Assembly (NCBI GenBank): GCA_024275415.1
Contig: JAJRZD010000031.1
Coordinates: 1-32,000 of the forward strand
DNA length: 32,000 nucleotides
Direction: 5' to 3'
From: an archaeon
GTDB lineage: Archaea; Asgardarchaeota; Thorarchaeia; Thorarchaeales; Thorarchaeaceae
A model generated the notes under the pieces. That model made no database searches. It saw only the letters and a program-made list of their open reading frames with translations, and was not told the DNA's origin. The translations under genes were made by a program, and so were the position numbers. Within the stretch, counting starts at the first letter, position 1. Each line of letters starts with the position of its first letter. Positions 1 through 9,515 of this stretch are shown here, piece by piece.

Positions 1-1302
1 AATCAGGAGTACCAATATGACTTTTCCATCTACAACACAAACTGGAATGGTTTGAGTGAGTTCAGGACAGATATCGAACAAAGTGGGTATCGTGTACAGA
101 CAATACAATCCTCTATGAGCGTTATCAGTAGGTATCGCGGGAATGCGACCCTTGTCATCATGGGGCCAGTTCGCGATTTCACATTTGATGCGACATTGAC
201 CATCTTCCAACACCTTGCGCAAGGCGGCGGAGTCATTATCGCCGATGATTTCGGTACCACGAATACATCCTTTACTCTGTTGAACGAGTATTTGTTCAAT
301 CTTACTGCACCCGACTCCCCCTATTTACAATACATAGACGGATTCCTTTCATTCACAAAGGGAATAGTTATGGATCTCGACTCCTATTATGAAAGTCCCC
401 GTCTGCCAATAATACGGGATTTCAACCCACATCCATTATTTGCAGGAGTCACATCAATCACCCTGAATAATGCATCTGCCATCACTCCGACCTGCGTTCT
501 TGGAGCAACTGGCATCGCTTGGACCACTAACCGTGCATGGAGTGAGCACAATGTCAGCGACCCCAATCCAACCCCCAACCCCGAAGAAGGTGAATATGCA
601 GGTCGCCTCCCAGTGATTGGCGTACTTGATGATAGCTATGGCATCCCAATTGAGGGAAGACTAGTCGCCATCTCTGATCCGAGCATCTTCATAAATGAGA
701 TGTTAACCACATTCGATGGGAACCGGAGATTCGGGCAGAATCTCATAGACTGGATAACTGGCGGTAATAGGGACATCCCTATCATATTCAGTGAACAGCT
801 ACTTGCAACACCGCCCCTCAGCGCAGAGTTCTTTTTCGGAGGCTACATGTCCAGAATGTTGTGGGCCAGCACCAATTTCTTCCTCGCACCCATTTACCCG
901 CTGATGACAGTTATTGGGATCAAAAAGTACCTTCCAGACCTGAAAAAGCCCGAGGTCAAAAGTGTATCCGAGGTCTTCATGCGCCGGGGTCAGACCTATT
1001 TCAGCGAACGGATGACATACTATCGCACGGAGGGCAATTATGCGCGAGTCGTGAAGATGATATATCGCAAATTACGCAGAGGACTGCGGAAGAAATACCA
1101 GTGGTCTGACTACAAGCCAACCAAGGTATGGGACTTGCTGCGCTACAAGGATCCCTCCATTAAGGAGAGCGATTTTTACAAGACGATCAAACGTATTGAG
1201 GAGATATCATCAAAGCCATTCATGAAGATTAAGGAAGGCGAGATGATGAAACTCTTCTTCTGGATGAAGAACATCCAAGACAAGTTAATAGAATCAAAAT
1301 GA
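1..1302 (+). CDS. DUF4350-like (GATase-like fold) membrane-associated protein, 5'-truncated by the window edge
   Basis: Frame is open from base 1 (NQEYQYDFSIYNTNWNGLSEF, the SxYNxxWNGLS start typical of DUF4350). It has GGxVIIADDF and ISDPSIFINEML motifs, a hydrophobic segment and a basic C-terminal domain, and lies directly upstream of moxR. Confidence 0.7.
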   Translation, partial: NQEYQYDFSIYNTNWNGLSEFRTDIEQSGYRVQTIQSSMSVISRYRGNATLVIMGPVRDFTFDATLTIFQHLAQGGGVIIADDFGTTNTSFTLLNEYLFNLTAPDSPYLQYIDGFLSFTKGIVMDLDSYYESPRLPIIRDFNPHPLFAGVTSITLNNASAITPTCVLGATGIAWTTNRAWSEHNVSDPNPTPNPEEGEYAGRLPVIGVLDDSYGIPIEGRLVAISDPSIFINEMLTTFDGNRRFGQNLIDWITGGNRDIPIIFSEQLLATPPLSAEFFFGGYMSRMLWASTNFFLAPIYPLMTVIGIKKYLPDLKKPEVKSVSEVFMRRGQTYFSERMTYYRTEGNYARVVKMIYRKLRRGLRKKYQWSDYKPTKVWDLLRYKDPSIKESDFYKTIKRIEEISSKPFMKIKEGEMMKLFFWMKNIQDKLIESK

Positions 1303-1317
1303 GGTGGAACAAACGAA

Positions 1318-2304
1318 ATGACATTAGATGCTACGAAAAGCAATACAGGCGACTCGATTCCACTTATGACCATTTCAGAGGTTCATGATCTCACTTCTGA
1401 GATACTACGTGAATGTGGCCGCATAATCGTCGGGAAGATTGATATCATGCGGGACACACTCATTGCGTTCCTATCCAATGGTCATGTGGTACTTGAGGGT
1501 GTACCTGGGTTGGCCAAGACCTACATGGCCCGAACTTTCGCATCGATTCTGGGATGTGCTTTCAAAAGGATACAGCTCACTGTGGATACGCTACCTGCTG
1601 ACCTGTTAGGAAGCAATGTGTTCAACCAGAAAAGCGGCGAGTTCTGGTTCAGAAAGGGCCCTGTGTTCTCCAATCTAGTACTTGCAGATGAGATCAACCG
1701 CTGTCCTCCCAAATCTCAGAGTGCATTGCTCGAGGTCATGGAAGAGCGACAGGTATCGATTGAAGGTGTCACGCGACCATTGCCAAGACCCTTCTTGATT
1801 ATCGCCACTCAAAACCCTGTAGAACAGGAAGGTACCTATCCATTACCCGAGGCACAACTTGACCGTTTCATGTTCAGATTGGTTCTCGATTATCCCACTG
1901 GATCCGAGGAGGCTGAGGTCATCCGACGAAAGCATGTGGGTGAGGCTACCGATCTTAGGACACTTGCAGACCCGACTACCATGATCAGGATGCAGGAAAC
2001 ATGTAAGACTGTCTATTTGGATGAGGACATCATCAACTATATCCGTGACATCATAGTCAAGACCCGAAATGACGCCCAGATACTCCTTGGAGGCTCGCCA
2101 CGAGCATCTTTGGTGCTGATGAATGCATCAAAGACCCGGGCTGCAATGCACGGCCGTGATTATGTTGTGCCTGAGGATATTCGAAAGCTCGTAGTTCAGA
2201 CTTTGAACCATCGACTTGTACTCAAACCTGAAGCCGAGCTTGAAGGTCTCACTGTAGAACGTGTTGTGTCCAAGATTCTCGGAGAGGTTGACTGTCCTAG
2301 ATAA
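1318..2304 (+). CDS. moxR: MoxR-family AAA+ ATPase
   Basis: Walker A GVPGLAKT, RIQLTVDTLPADLLG, Walker B LADEINR, ATQNPVEQEGTYPLPEAQLDRF; SD GAGGTGG upstream. Confidence 0.95.
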   Translation: MTLDATKSNTGDSIPLMTISEVHDLTSEILRECGRIIVGKIDIMRDTLIAFLSNGHVVLEGVPGLAKTYMARTFASILGCAFKRIQLTVDTLPADLLGSNVFNQKSGEFWFRKGPVFSNLVLADEINRCPPKSQSALLEVMEERQVSIEGVTRPLPRPFLIIATQNPVEQEGTYPLPEAQLDRFMFRLVLDYPTGSEEAEVIRRKHVGEATDLRTLADPTTMIRMQETCKTVYLDEDIINYIRDIIVKTRNDAQILLGGSPRASLVLMNASKTRAAMHGRDYVVPEDIRKLVVQTLNHRLVLKPEAELEGLTVERVVSKILGEVDCPR

Positions 2305-2328
2305 GACATAAGATGGAGCCTAACAGAT

Positions 2329-3651
2329 ATGCTTACACACAGAGGATTTGTGGTCGTTTTCGCAGGAGTTCTATTCCTTACCAGCGGTTTCTCATTCTTC
2401 AATTTCTACTTGACACTACTGGGGGTGTATCTCCTTGTAGGTCTGGTAGTAACGTTGCCACTTTTCGCAATGACTGCAAATCTCTCGGGGATTGAAGTTG
2501 ATCGTCAGATTGACAAAGTCAAGGTGTTCTCTGGTGACTTCCTTCGAGTCAAAGTTACCATCAAGAACACCTCACGACGGCATTTTGATTTCATTGAAGT
2601 GCATGACCAATATCCTGAGCTCTGGATTCTTGCTATCGGTGCTAACTTCATCGCTTCAAGGATTGAACCTGGGGGTAGTATCACGTTCTCATATATCCTC
2701 CAAGTGCGGATGCGTGGAAAGTACTATTTGGGTCCTACTGAGGTGATCATGCGTGATAGACTTGGGCTTCATTACTACAAGCGTGTTCTAAAGGAACAGA
2801 CAGAGGTCTTGGTCTACCCGACTTGGAAAGATGTCAGACGTCTGGAGGCATTGGGAAAACAAAGGCAGCTTGGTCTGATGTTTGGTGCACATCGAACGAA
2901 AGTCATTGGCATGGGAACGGATTTTGCTGGGTTCCGCGAGTATCAACCAGGTGACCCATTCCGTAATATCGATTGGAAGACCAGTGCAAAGCGTGGCGAT
3001 CTCGTCGTTAAACAATATGAGATGGAAAAGAACATCCAGATAATCTGCATGGTTGACACAAGTGGTTCCATGGGCAACGGCTATCCGGAGAACACAAAAC
3101 TAGAATATGCGATACGAGCAGCCGTCCTTCTTACCCATATGGGGATCGAACGAAAGGACCTTGTCGGCACTTGCGTCTTCAGCGACATTGTTCATGCATT
3201 TGTTCCACCGTCCCTCAAACCAAATCATATGTATGATGTGTTGGAGGCCCTTGCAATTGCTGAGCCCGTGGGTTGGAGTGACTATGAATCAGCAATATCC
3301 TATGTTACAAGCCAAACCAAAAAGCGAACCTACATCATTTGGCTAACTGACCTTGAAGAATCGCCTGCTCCACTGCTCAATGCGATGAAGAAGGTTGTTG
3401 CAAATGGCCACCGAGCCACTATCATCAGCCCTTTTGGACCTTGGTTCGAGGCACCCGTTGGGCAATTCGGCCCTGTCGAGAAGGTTCTATCGGAGGCTGT
3501 GTCTGAAGAACTCTGGGAAAGAAGGCAGAAGATAACTAGAGCCCTTGCACGATTCGGGATTAATGTAGTGAATGTCGGCCCTGAGGACTTCCTACCATCT
3601 ATCATCCGTCAATATGAAATGGCAAAACAGAGAGGTGTGGCAATGTTTTGA
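2329..3651 (+). CDS. DUF58 protein with N-terminal TM segments and C-terminal vWA domain
   Basis: DFAGFREYQPGDPFRNIDWKTSAK DUF58 signature, MIDAS-like VDTSGSMG, position after moxR. Confidence 0.9.
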   Translation: MLTHRGFVVVFAGVLFLTSGFSFFNFYLTLLGVYLLVGLVVTLPLFAMTANLSGIEVDRQIDKVKVFSGDFLRVKVTIKNTSRRHFDFIEVHDQYPELWILAIGANFIASRIEPGGSITFSYILQVRMRGKYYLGPTEVIMRDRLGLHYYKRVLKEQTEVLVYPTWKDVRRLEALGKQRQLGLMFGAHRTKVIGMGTDFAGFREYQPGDPFRNIDWKTSAKRGDLVVKQYEMEKNIQIICMVDTSGSMGNGYPENTKLEYAIRAAVLLTHMGIERKDLVGTCVFSDIVHAFVPPSLKPNHMYDVLEALAIAEPVGWSDYESAISYVTSQTKKRTYIIWLTDLEESPAPLLNAMKKVVANGHRATIISPFGPWFEAPVGQFGPVEKVLSEAVSEELWERRQKITRALARFGINVVNVGPEDFLPSIIRQYEMAKQRGVAMF

Positions 3652-5057
3652 AGCCCGTTACAGTCATCCTGCAAATTCTCTCGACTATCACATTTGTATT
3701 GATGTGTTGGTATGCCTATACCTCCCTTTCTGGTTACTGGGATTGGAATGCACCATATGTCTTCATAGTCACCGTATTCCGCTTGATTTCCTTGATCCTA
3801 TTCTTTATTGGAACTATGGTTCTTGCCGGATTGATTGCGCCTATTGCAGGAATCGCACCAGGTGAGGCTTTAGTAGGACTATACAATACTCAGCTTCTAC
3901 GGATGTGGTATATGCAACCCTATGGGGTTTCAGGCCCTTTCACCTCGATAGGACAAGTATTTTCCTCCGTAACTAGAAATTTTGGTGACATATTCATCAT
4001 CCTGTCGCAGTATATCTTCACCTTTCTTTATTTTCTCGCGGCCGCCCTTGGAATCGTGTTCTTTCTTCAATCCTTGTTTAGGATGGAACACAAGTTCGTG
4101 GGTGGTGCTTTGATCTCCATCCAGATGATATTCGTGATAGCAGCAGCTAGGGCACTGATATTTCCTGACTTGCCAGTGATTCCAATTCCCGAGTTCACGG
4201 GCGGTGAGATTCCTATCAATTTCGTTGACTTTCTTGTCGAGCGAGCACAGATTATTGCGCTTGTTTCATTCGCCTATTTAGAAACAAGCTATCAGATGAT
4301 TTACAGCTACTCTGTTGGAAAACCAGTTGAAGAGCGTGAAGAAACTCTGAAACGGCAACTCTTGGCTCTCAGACAGGCAACAAGGAAACGGGATGCCATT
4401 GAGAAAGGGGAAAAAATCAGCACGACAGCCATGAGCCGTTCGTCAGGGGCCACCGCTTTCTCGTTCTTGCGAGAAGCAATCGAACGAAGGCTGTTTGGTG
4501 GTGGTGAAGCAATAGAAAGCATGGATGCCATCGCGGATGTTCGACGGCTTCAAATCTTTGTGGACGAACTCCTCGCATCCGATCCTGATGCACGTGATCA
4601 ACTGACCGCTAAAGCAGCAGCTCCCTCATCAGCGTATATCCTGTCTTCCACAATTATCGGTTCTGCAATCCGCTTTATCGGAGTCATGACTATCGCTTTC
4701 CTGTTCATTAATCCCGTATTCTTTGTAGCCATTTTCAATCTGCCCCCAGGTATCGCGAACAGTGTAGAACTCGAACAACCAGAACTCGTGGTCTTCTTTA
4801 TGTTGCCGATACTTCTCGCATTTGTGCTAGTGGCAATGATTATTGGCTGGGCATCATCACGAGAGGTGGAGGAAAAACCAGTCTTGACCAAAGAAGAAAA
4901 AGAGGCCGAAAAAGCACGGAAGGCAGAGCTGAAACGAAGGCGTGCTGCAGCAAGAAAAGCAAGAAAGGAACGGGAAAAGGCGCGTAAGCGTGCGAAGATG
5001 GTTTCCGACTCGGGTGACGAATGGGACAAGGCCCTTGAGGAAACCTACAAGATGTGA
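3648..5057 (+). CDS. Polytopic membrane protein of unknown function with a Lys/Arg/Glu-rich helical C-terminal tail
   Basis: 469-aa ORF with a TTG start overlapping the upstream stop, multiple hydrophobic segments, a soluble middle region and tail EKEAEKARKAELKRRRAAARKARKEREKARKR. Confidence 0.8.
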   Translation: MKPVTVILQILSTITFVLMCWYAYTSLSGYWDWNAPYVFIVTVFRLISLILFFIGTMVLAGLIAPIAGIAPGEALVGLYNTQLLRMWYMQPYGVSGPFTSIGQVFSSVTRNFGDIFIILSQYIFTFLYFLAAALGIVFFLQSLFRMEHKFVGGALISIQMIFVIAAARALIFPDLPVIPIPEFTGGEIPINFVDFLVERAQIIALVSFAYLETSYQMIYSYSVGKPVEEREETLKRQLLALRQATRKRDAIEKGEKISTTAMSRSSGATAFSFLREAIERRLFGGGEAIESMDAIADVRRLQIFVDELLASDPDARDQLTAKAAAPSSAYILSSTIIGSAIRFIGVMTIAFLFINPVFFVAIFNLPPGIANSVELEQPELVVFFMLPILLAFVLVAMIIGWASSREVEEKPVLTKEEKEAEKARKAELKRRRAAARKARKEREKARKRAKMVSDSGDEWDKALEETYKM

Positions 5058-5075
5058 CCAAAGGACGGCAAAACC

Positions 5076-6050
5076 ATGCCCTCTGTAGTAATCTCTCATG
5101 GGGATGTCGATGGGATCACTTCTGGGGCAATTGGATTGTTGAAATTTCCTGGCTCGTCCTTCTATTTCTCTCGCCCCTCGCAGATACACTCCGATCTTAA
5201 TCGCATCGCAAAGGAAAAACCTGACACGGTCAGTATTAGTGACATTGCGGTCAATGAGATGCGGTTTGATGACATTTTGCAGGTATTGGATAGGTTTCCA
5301 GAGAGCACAGAGGTCTATTGGACCGACCATCATCCTCTTACACGCAAACAAAGGGGAAAGCTGGGCAAGCGTGTCAATCTTGTCCATGAAATTGGCCCAT
5401 GTGCTGCCGAACTCATGTACCGCCGTTTCAGTGACGATTTACCGGAACATGGTCTCCGACTTGCACTATACGGCGCGATTGCCGACTATTGCGACAATAC
5501 ACCATTTACCAATCAGCAATTCGATAACTTTGACAAACGGACATTGTACCTTGAGGGAGTCCTCCTTGTACAAGCATTGCAGGAAATTGATTACCGGCGA
5601 GAGTCAAAGGATCTTGTGTACGAGCTCACGCTCGGTATCTCACCAAGTGCGATGAACAACATCGTTTCCCTAGCAATGAAAGCGACGAGGATCGAAACTG
5701 AAGTATTTCGTCATGTGCAGACAAATGCCCGAAAGATAGGCCGTATCGGCTATATCCTTGACATGCCAATCAGCGGATATAGAGGAAAATCAGCCAAGTT
5801 CGCAGCCTATGTGACCGATTCCAATATTGGGATTAGTGCAAAGTCCTCAGAGGACGAGGTCGATATGAGCATAAGACGGCGAGCGAGTGCCATCGATTTA
5901 AACAAGGCTCTTGGCTCGATTCTTCCCGGCCTGACGAACGCCCATGGTGGCGGTCATCCCGCGGCAGCCGGTGCTACACTGGACAAGAACGACTTTCCAC
6001 GGTTTCTCCAACAGTTAGCTGAATATACCGAGGCAAACTTCAGACCGTGA
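5076..6050 (+). CDS. DHH/DHHA1-family phosphoesterase
   Basis: SHGDVDG motif I, ISD motif II, TDHH motif III and GGGHPAAAG DHHA1 motif. Confidence 0.9.
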   Translation: MPSVVISHGDVDGITSGAIGLLKFPGSSFYFSRPSQIHSDLNRIAKEKPDTVSISDIAVNEMRFDDILQVLDRFPESTEVYWTDHHPLTRKQRGKLGKRVNLVHEIGPCAAELMYRRFSDDLPEHGLRLALYGAIADYCDNTPFTNQQFDNFDKRTLYLEGVLLVQALQEIDYRRESKDLVYELTLGISPSAMNNIVSLAMKATRIETEVFRHVQTNARKIGRIGYILDMPISGYRGKSAKFAAYVTDSNIGISAKSSEDEVDMSIRRRASAIDLNKALGSILPGLTNAHGGGHPAAAGATLDKNDFPRFLQQLAEYTEANFRP

Positions 6051-8517
6051 ATAGGAGGAACGCATTGTATAGCACCCATATGACTGTCACGATGGCTTCA
6101 CCAGCAACGACCCCGCTGAGTAGTTTTGTCCATTTCTTATATTGTGGAGTTTCTGTCGGATCGCCATCTATCGGCACTGTTCTAGCCTGTCTTCTCAGTC
6201 TATAATCCATGAAACCACCGAATAGCATCGCGATTGTAGTCGCAGGAGGCACTAAGATTCCCACAGCCAAGCTGATTGGGCTGAGTCCCCGTTTGCTAAG
6301 CCCCCTTCCGGCCAGAAAGCCTGCTATCCCAAAAGCAAGCAGGTATGCGAAAGCAAACAAAGGGTGCACATCGGGGAATGCATCGAGTCCTGGGAGTTGA
6401 AATCTACTCAATCCCGTCAGGCTGACCACGAGGAAACCAAAGAGCTGGGCAGCAGGGGCTGGGAATTCAGTCCCTCCAAACCCATAGGTCTTGTATAACA
6501 TGAAAGTGATGAGCGACCCCACAAAAGTTCCTAAAAACACTCCAATGAGAACTCCTTTCATGATGTCCCGTCCACGGACACCTGTCATCGTTCCAAGCTT
6601 GAGATGTACCAGAAGTGTGATTGCAGCATCTTGGAGAGCTCCTAGCATTGCCATGAATGTTGTTATTGCTGAGAAGGTAATACGAAACAACAAGATTGCT
6701 GGGATCGAGATCATGTCTGAGATATATCCGGCAAGCATACCTGTTTCGCTGATGGATTTGGCAGTGAAATAGGCAGAAATCATAGCTATTGGTGACCCAA
6801 AGACGAATAGCAGTAATGGTATTTCTGCCCCAACAAACAGCTGGAGTGCAGAAAACACAAGGGCACCGACGATGATGAATAGCACCATTGACACTGTAGC
6901 AATCCATATCGGCACCTGTCCTCGTTTTGAAGTCATATACCCCCGCGGGTCGCGTACTATGAACTGAATCTCCTCTATTATTCGACTGAAGGAGAATACC
7001 TCCTTCTTGATTTTCAAGACTGTCAATGCCAGTTCCCTGCTATGTGTCCTGTCCTGAGCATTATCTTGTGGAGGTTCTGATTCCTCGGCTATCTCATCCT
7101 TCGTGGAGAAGATATCGCCTGCTATCACCGTCACAAAGATTCCTATCGCCAGATAAAGGATCTCTGGTCTTGTGAGGTGACTCGCGTAGTCCATTGGCGC
7201 TGCACCTTCTAGGATGATCCAAAATAGGACTGAAACGATGCTACCTATTGCCATAGTAAGGACTCGTTTCCAGCCTACAAAGAAACCGATGGCTCCTATC
7301 AATGGCGAGTTCGTAATCCCTATCCAATCTGGGACTGAAGGAACAAATGCGTGAGGCATAGCCGAGAGATTGACCCCTTCAACGACTTCAGCAACCTTTA
7401 TCGCTCCCACATACGAAGCTGAGAGTGCCATTCCCGTGAGTACAGTTACCTTCGATTCTGTGTCAGCCCCTAGAGAGTTAATCGTTTCCGCCTGGGGTCT
7501 TATCTGAGGCCATGGATCCTTCTCAAACCCTTTTCTGAACGGAATCAACAATAGTAAACCGAAGACCGAGCTGATTCCCGTTACAAATGCTATGAATTCG
7601 AATGTTATTATTGATGAAATATCCAGCCATGGCATCTGTGTCGGGCCAAAGATTGCAATTGCTGGGAACGTGATCAAAACGCCCACTGATACCATAGAAG
7701 ATGTATTCGCTATTGCCACAGAGATGGTATTCTCTTGCGGTGTGTATTTTCCGTTCAGGCTAAGCAGGAGGAATCCCAACAGTTCGGCCCCAACAAAATA
7801 GACAATCCCAAGTTTTAGCGCCAAGTATACTCCCAAGAATGTCATGACAACTCCTACGATGAGACCGGTTCCAATGGCTCTCTTGGTCACAGGGAATTTT
7901 GGTTCACTAGTAAGTCCCGCATATATCGCCATCCCTCCTGCCGTCATCACAACGACCTCCTCGAATGGCCCCAACAGGAACGAGAAGAGTACGTAAGCGA
8001 ATATGGACAGTGTGAACAAGCCAATCCCTTTCTTGTCAAGCGGGCCCTGGACAACAGACCCTACCAAGAGTGCTACTTCGATGATAATTGCCACCATGAC
8101 CTCATAGACGGGGCCCCACCTGCTGAAAGCGATTAATGCATACACCAATCCTGCGGAGTACAGGCCTACCAGCAAAAGTCTGGTCGAACTCATCTTCGTT
8201 TTGATTGGGTGGTCGAACACAGGATTTGTACCATCACCAGCCAATGCCACAAAGATTGCGAAGCCATCACAGGCAGCAATAACATAAAATGAGAACACCT
8301 GTAGAATGCCCGAAATAACTGCGTATGACACTATCACAATGATGGACACAATCAAGTTCTTCCGATTCACGGTCAAGTTATTTATTGATCCGACAAGAAG
8401 GAATCCGAATACTAGGAGTGCACCAACCATACCGAAATCGATGATGCCCTTGGACATGTTCAATAGCACAAAGAACAGACCTGCCGAATACATCAGTACC
8501 AGTATCACACGAGTCAT
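6040..8517 (-). CDS. OPT-family oligopeptide transporter with a duplicated N-terminal membrane module
   Basis: YLALKLG, ENTISVAIA, FPAI, DLKxG-like HLKLG and PAPAAQ segments typical of OPT; 825 aa and highly hydrophobic. Confidence 0.8.
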   Translation of the reverse strand: MTRVILVLMYSAGLFFVLLNMSKGIIDFGMVGALLVFGFLLVGSINNLTVNRKNLIVSIIVIVSYAVISGILQVFSFYVIAACDGFAIFVALAGDGTNPVFDHPIKTKMSSTRLLLVGLYSAGLVYALIAFSRWGPVYEVMVAIIIEVALLVGSVVQGPLDKKGIGLFTLSIFAYVLFSFLLGPFEEVVVMTAGGMAIYAGLTSEPKFPVTKRAIGTGLIVGVVMTFLGVYLALKLGIVYFVGAELLGFLLLSLNGKYTPQENTISVAIANTSSMVSVGVLITFPAIAIFGPTQMPWLDISSIITFEFIAFVTGISSVFGLLLLIPFRKGFEKDPWPQIRPQAETINSLGADTESKVTVLTGMALSASYVGAIKVAEVVEGVNLSAMPHAFVPSVPDWIGITNSPLIGAIGFFVGWKRVLTMAIGSIVSVLFWIILEGAAPMDYASHLTRPEILYLAIGIFVTVIAGDIFSTKDEIAEESEPPQDNAQDRTHSRELALTVLKIKKEVFSFSRIIEEIQFIVRDPRGYMTSKRGQVPIWIATVSMVLFIIVGALVFSALQLFVGAEIPLLLFVFGSPIAMISAYFTAKSISETGMLAGYISDMISIPAILLFRITFSAITTFMAMLGALQDAAITLLVHLKLGTMTGVRGRDIMKGVLIGVFLGTFVGSLITFMLYKTYGFGGTEFPAPAAQLFGFLVVSLTGLSRFQLPGLDAFPDVHPLFAFAYLLAFGIAGFLAGRGLSKRGLSPISLAVGILVPPATTIAMLFGGFMDYRLRRQARTVPIDGDPTETPQYKKWTKLLSGVVAGEAIVTVIWVLYNAFLLFTV

Positions 8518-8534
8518 ATCATAACGGTTCAGAA

Positions 8535-8618
8535 TGATGAACCTCCGGCAGTGTCCTCACGCAGCAAGATGGCATTCTAATCTAGGATGTCGTTGTGTGA
8601 GGATTGAAGGTTGAATCA
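8535..8618 (+). ncRNA. Candidate structured RNA: long hairpin with G-U pairs and a tandem GA/GA motif
   Basis: CCTCACGCAGC(8555-65) pairs with GTTGTGTGAGG(8592-602) and GGCATTCT(8571-78) pairs with AGGATGTC(8584-91). Full pairing needs four G-U wobbles, which are available only on the + strand. Confidence 0.35.
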
Positions 8619-8634
8619 ACCGACTATTTAGCAC

Positions 8635-8934
8635 TTATGCATTTTTCAGCCTATTCATAACTTGCTCTGAAGTGGCCCCTCTTATCAATAATGTCTTTTC
8701 TCTCGATTTGTGGCCAGCTGCAATGATAACTTCCGATGTAGCAACCCCAATACACTTGGCTATCCGCTTGATTAGCTCTTTGTTGGCCTTTCCTTCTTTT
8801 GCTGGACTTGCCAGATTTATGACTATCTCCTCGTCGGATATCACATGCACCAGACGTTTCCCTTTTACATGTGGGCGAACTGTTATGATAAGGAATGTAC
8901 CCTTTTCTGTTTCCCACGACAATGGTCTGTTCAC
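8635..8934 (-). CDS. DUF167 (YggU/UPF0235) protein
   Basis: VRP...INLASPAKEGKANKELIKRIAK...IIAAGHKSREKTLLI pattern. Confidence 0.9.
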   Translation of the reverse strand: MNRPLSWETEKGTFLIITVRPHVKGKRLVHVISDEEIVINLASPAKEGKANKELIKRIAKCIGVATSEVIIAAGHKSREKTLLIRGATSEQVMNRLKNA

Positions 8935-9049
8935 GATTATGCCATAGCCACAGGTCTTAAAGGTGTTTCATCAAGGATTGTTTTTTAAGCTCTTCCTGTA
9001 GTCTTAGGAAGTAGAAACCGTGTGTTTAGTCACAACGGGGTGAAAACAA

Positions 9050-9430
9050 ATGTCTGATCCTGTTATGGATGCATATACACAAGCATACAACGCCTCAGGT
9101 CAAATGGTCCAAGCCTTTGGTGTCATCAGGGGTGACGGCGCCGTTCTTTGGCAAAGTAATAACTGGTCTCTGGAAGCAGATGCGAAGGGACTTATCAGTG
9201 CAGTGAACAATCGTGCAGCGAGTGTCACTCAAAACCAGGTGAAATATAGCACGATGCGAACAAGTCCAGAAAGCCTTGTCGCCCGGAATGTCCAAGGCAA
9301 CGGAATTCTCATTCTTGCAAAGATCGAGAACGACAAGTGGGTTGTAGCATGGGCTTCACCTGATGCAGCTCCTGACAGCGTCTATGTTGATGTGGACAGA
9401 GCTGCAAAGTCCCTGAAAGGAAGAATCTAG
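9050..9430 (+). CDS. Asgard profilin-like protein (copy 1)
   Basis: 126 aa; AFGVI..G..LWQSNNW, VKYSTMRTSPESLVARNVQGNGILIL pattern matches Asgard profilins as I recall them; SD GGGGTGA. Confidence 0.75.
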   Translation: MSDPVMDAYTQAYNASGQMVQAFGVIRGDGAVLWQSNNWSLEADAKGLISAVNNRAASVTQNQVKYSTMRTSPESLVARNVQGNGILILAKIENDKWVVAWASPDAAPDSVYVDVDRAAKSLKGRI

Positions 9431-9442
9431 TTCATGGTGTGG

Positions 9443-9458
9443 GAGGTTTCTCCCTCCC
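9443..9458 (+). terminator. Short GC hairpin region after profilin 1
   Basis: GGGAGG-TTTCTC-CCTCCC (stem begins at 9441), followed by a pyrimidine-rich tract ending in ATTTT. Confidence 0.35.
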
Positions 9459-9515
9459 CCCTATCCCATTTTAGGTAGAATCAAGAGGTGTGGTCGTACC
9501 CTGTCGATTTCTGAG

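Noticed and set aside
8534-8618. Functional SECIS element or canonical C/D box sRNA
   Set aside because: No + strand selenoprotein gene lies upstream, and the helix geometry is not SECIS-like. There is no CUGA box D or D'/C' at guide spacing. Kept only as a generic structured RNA candidate.
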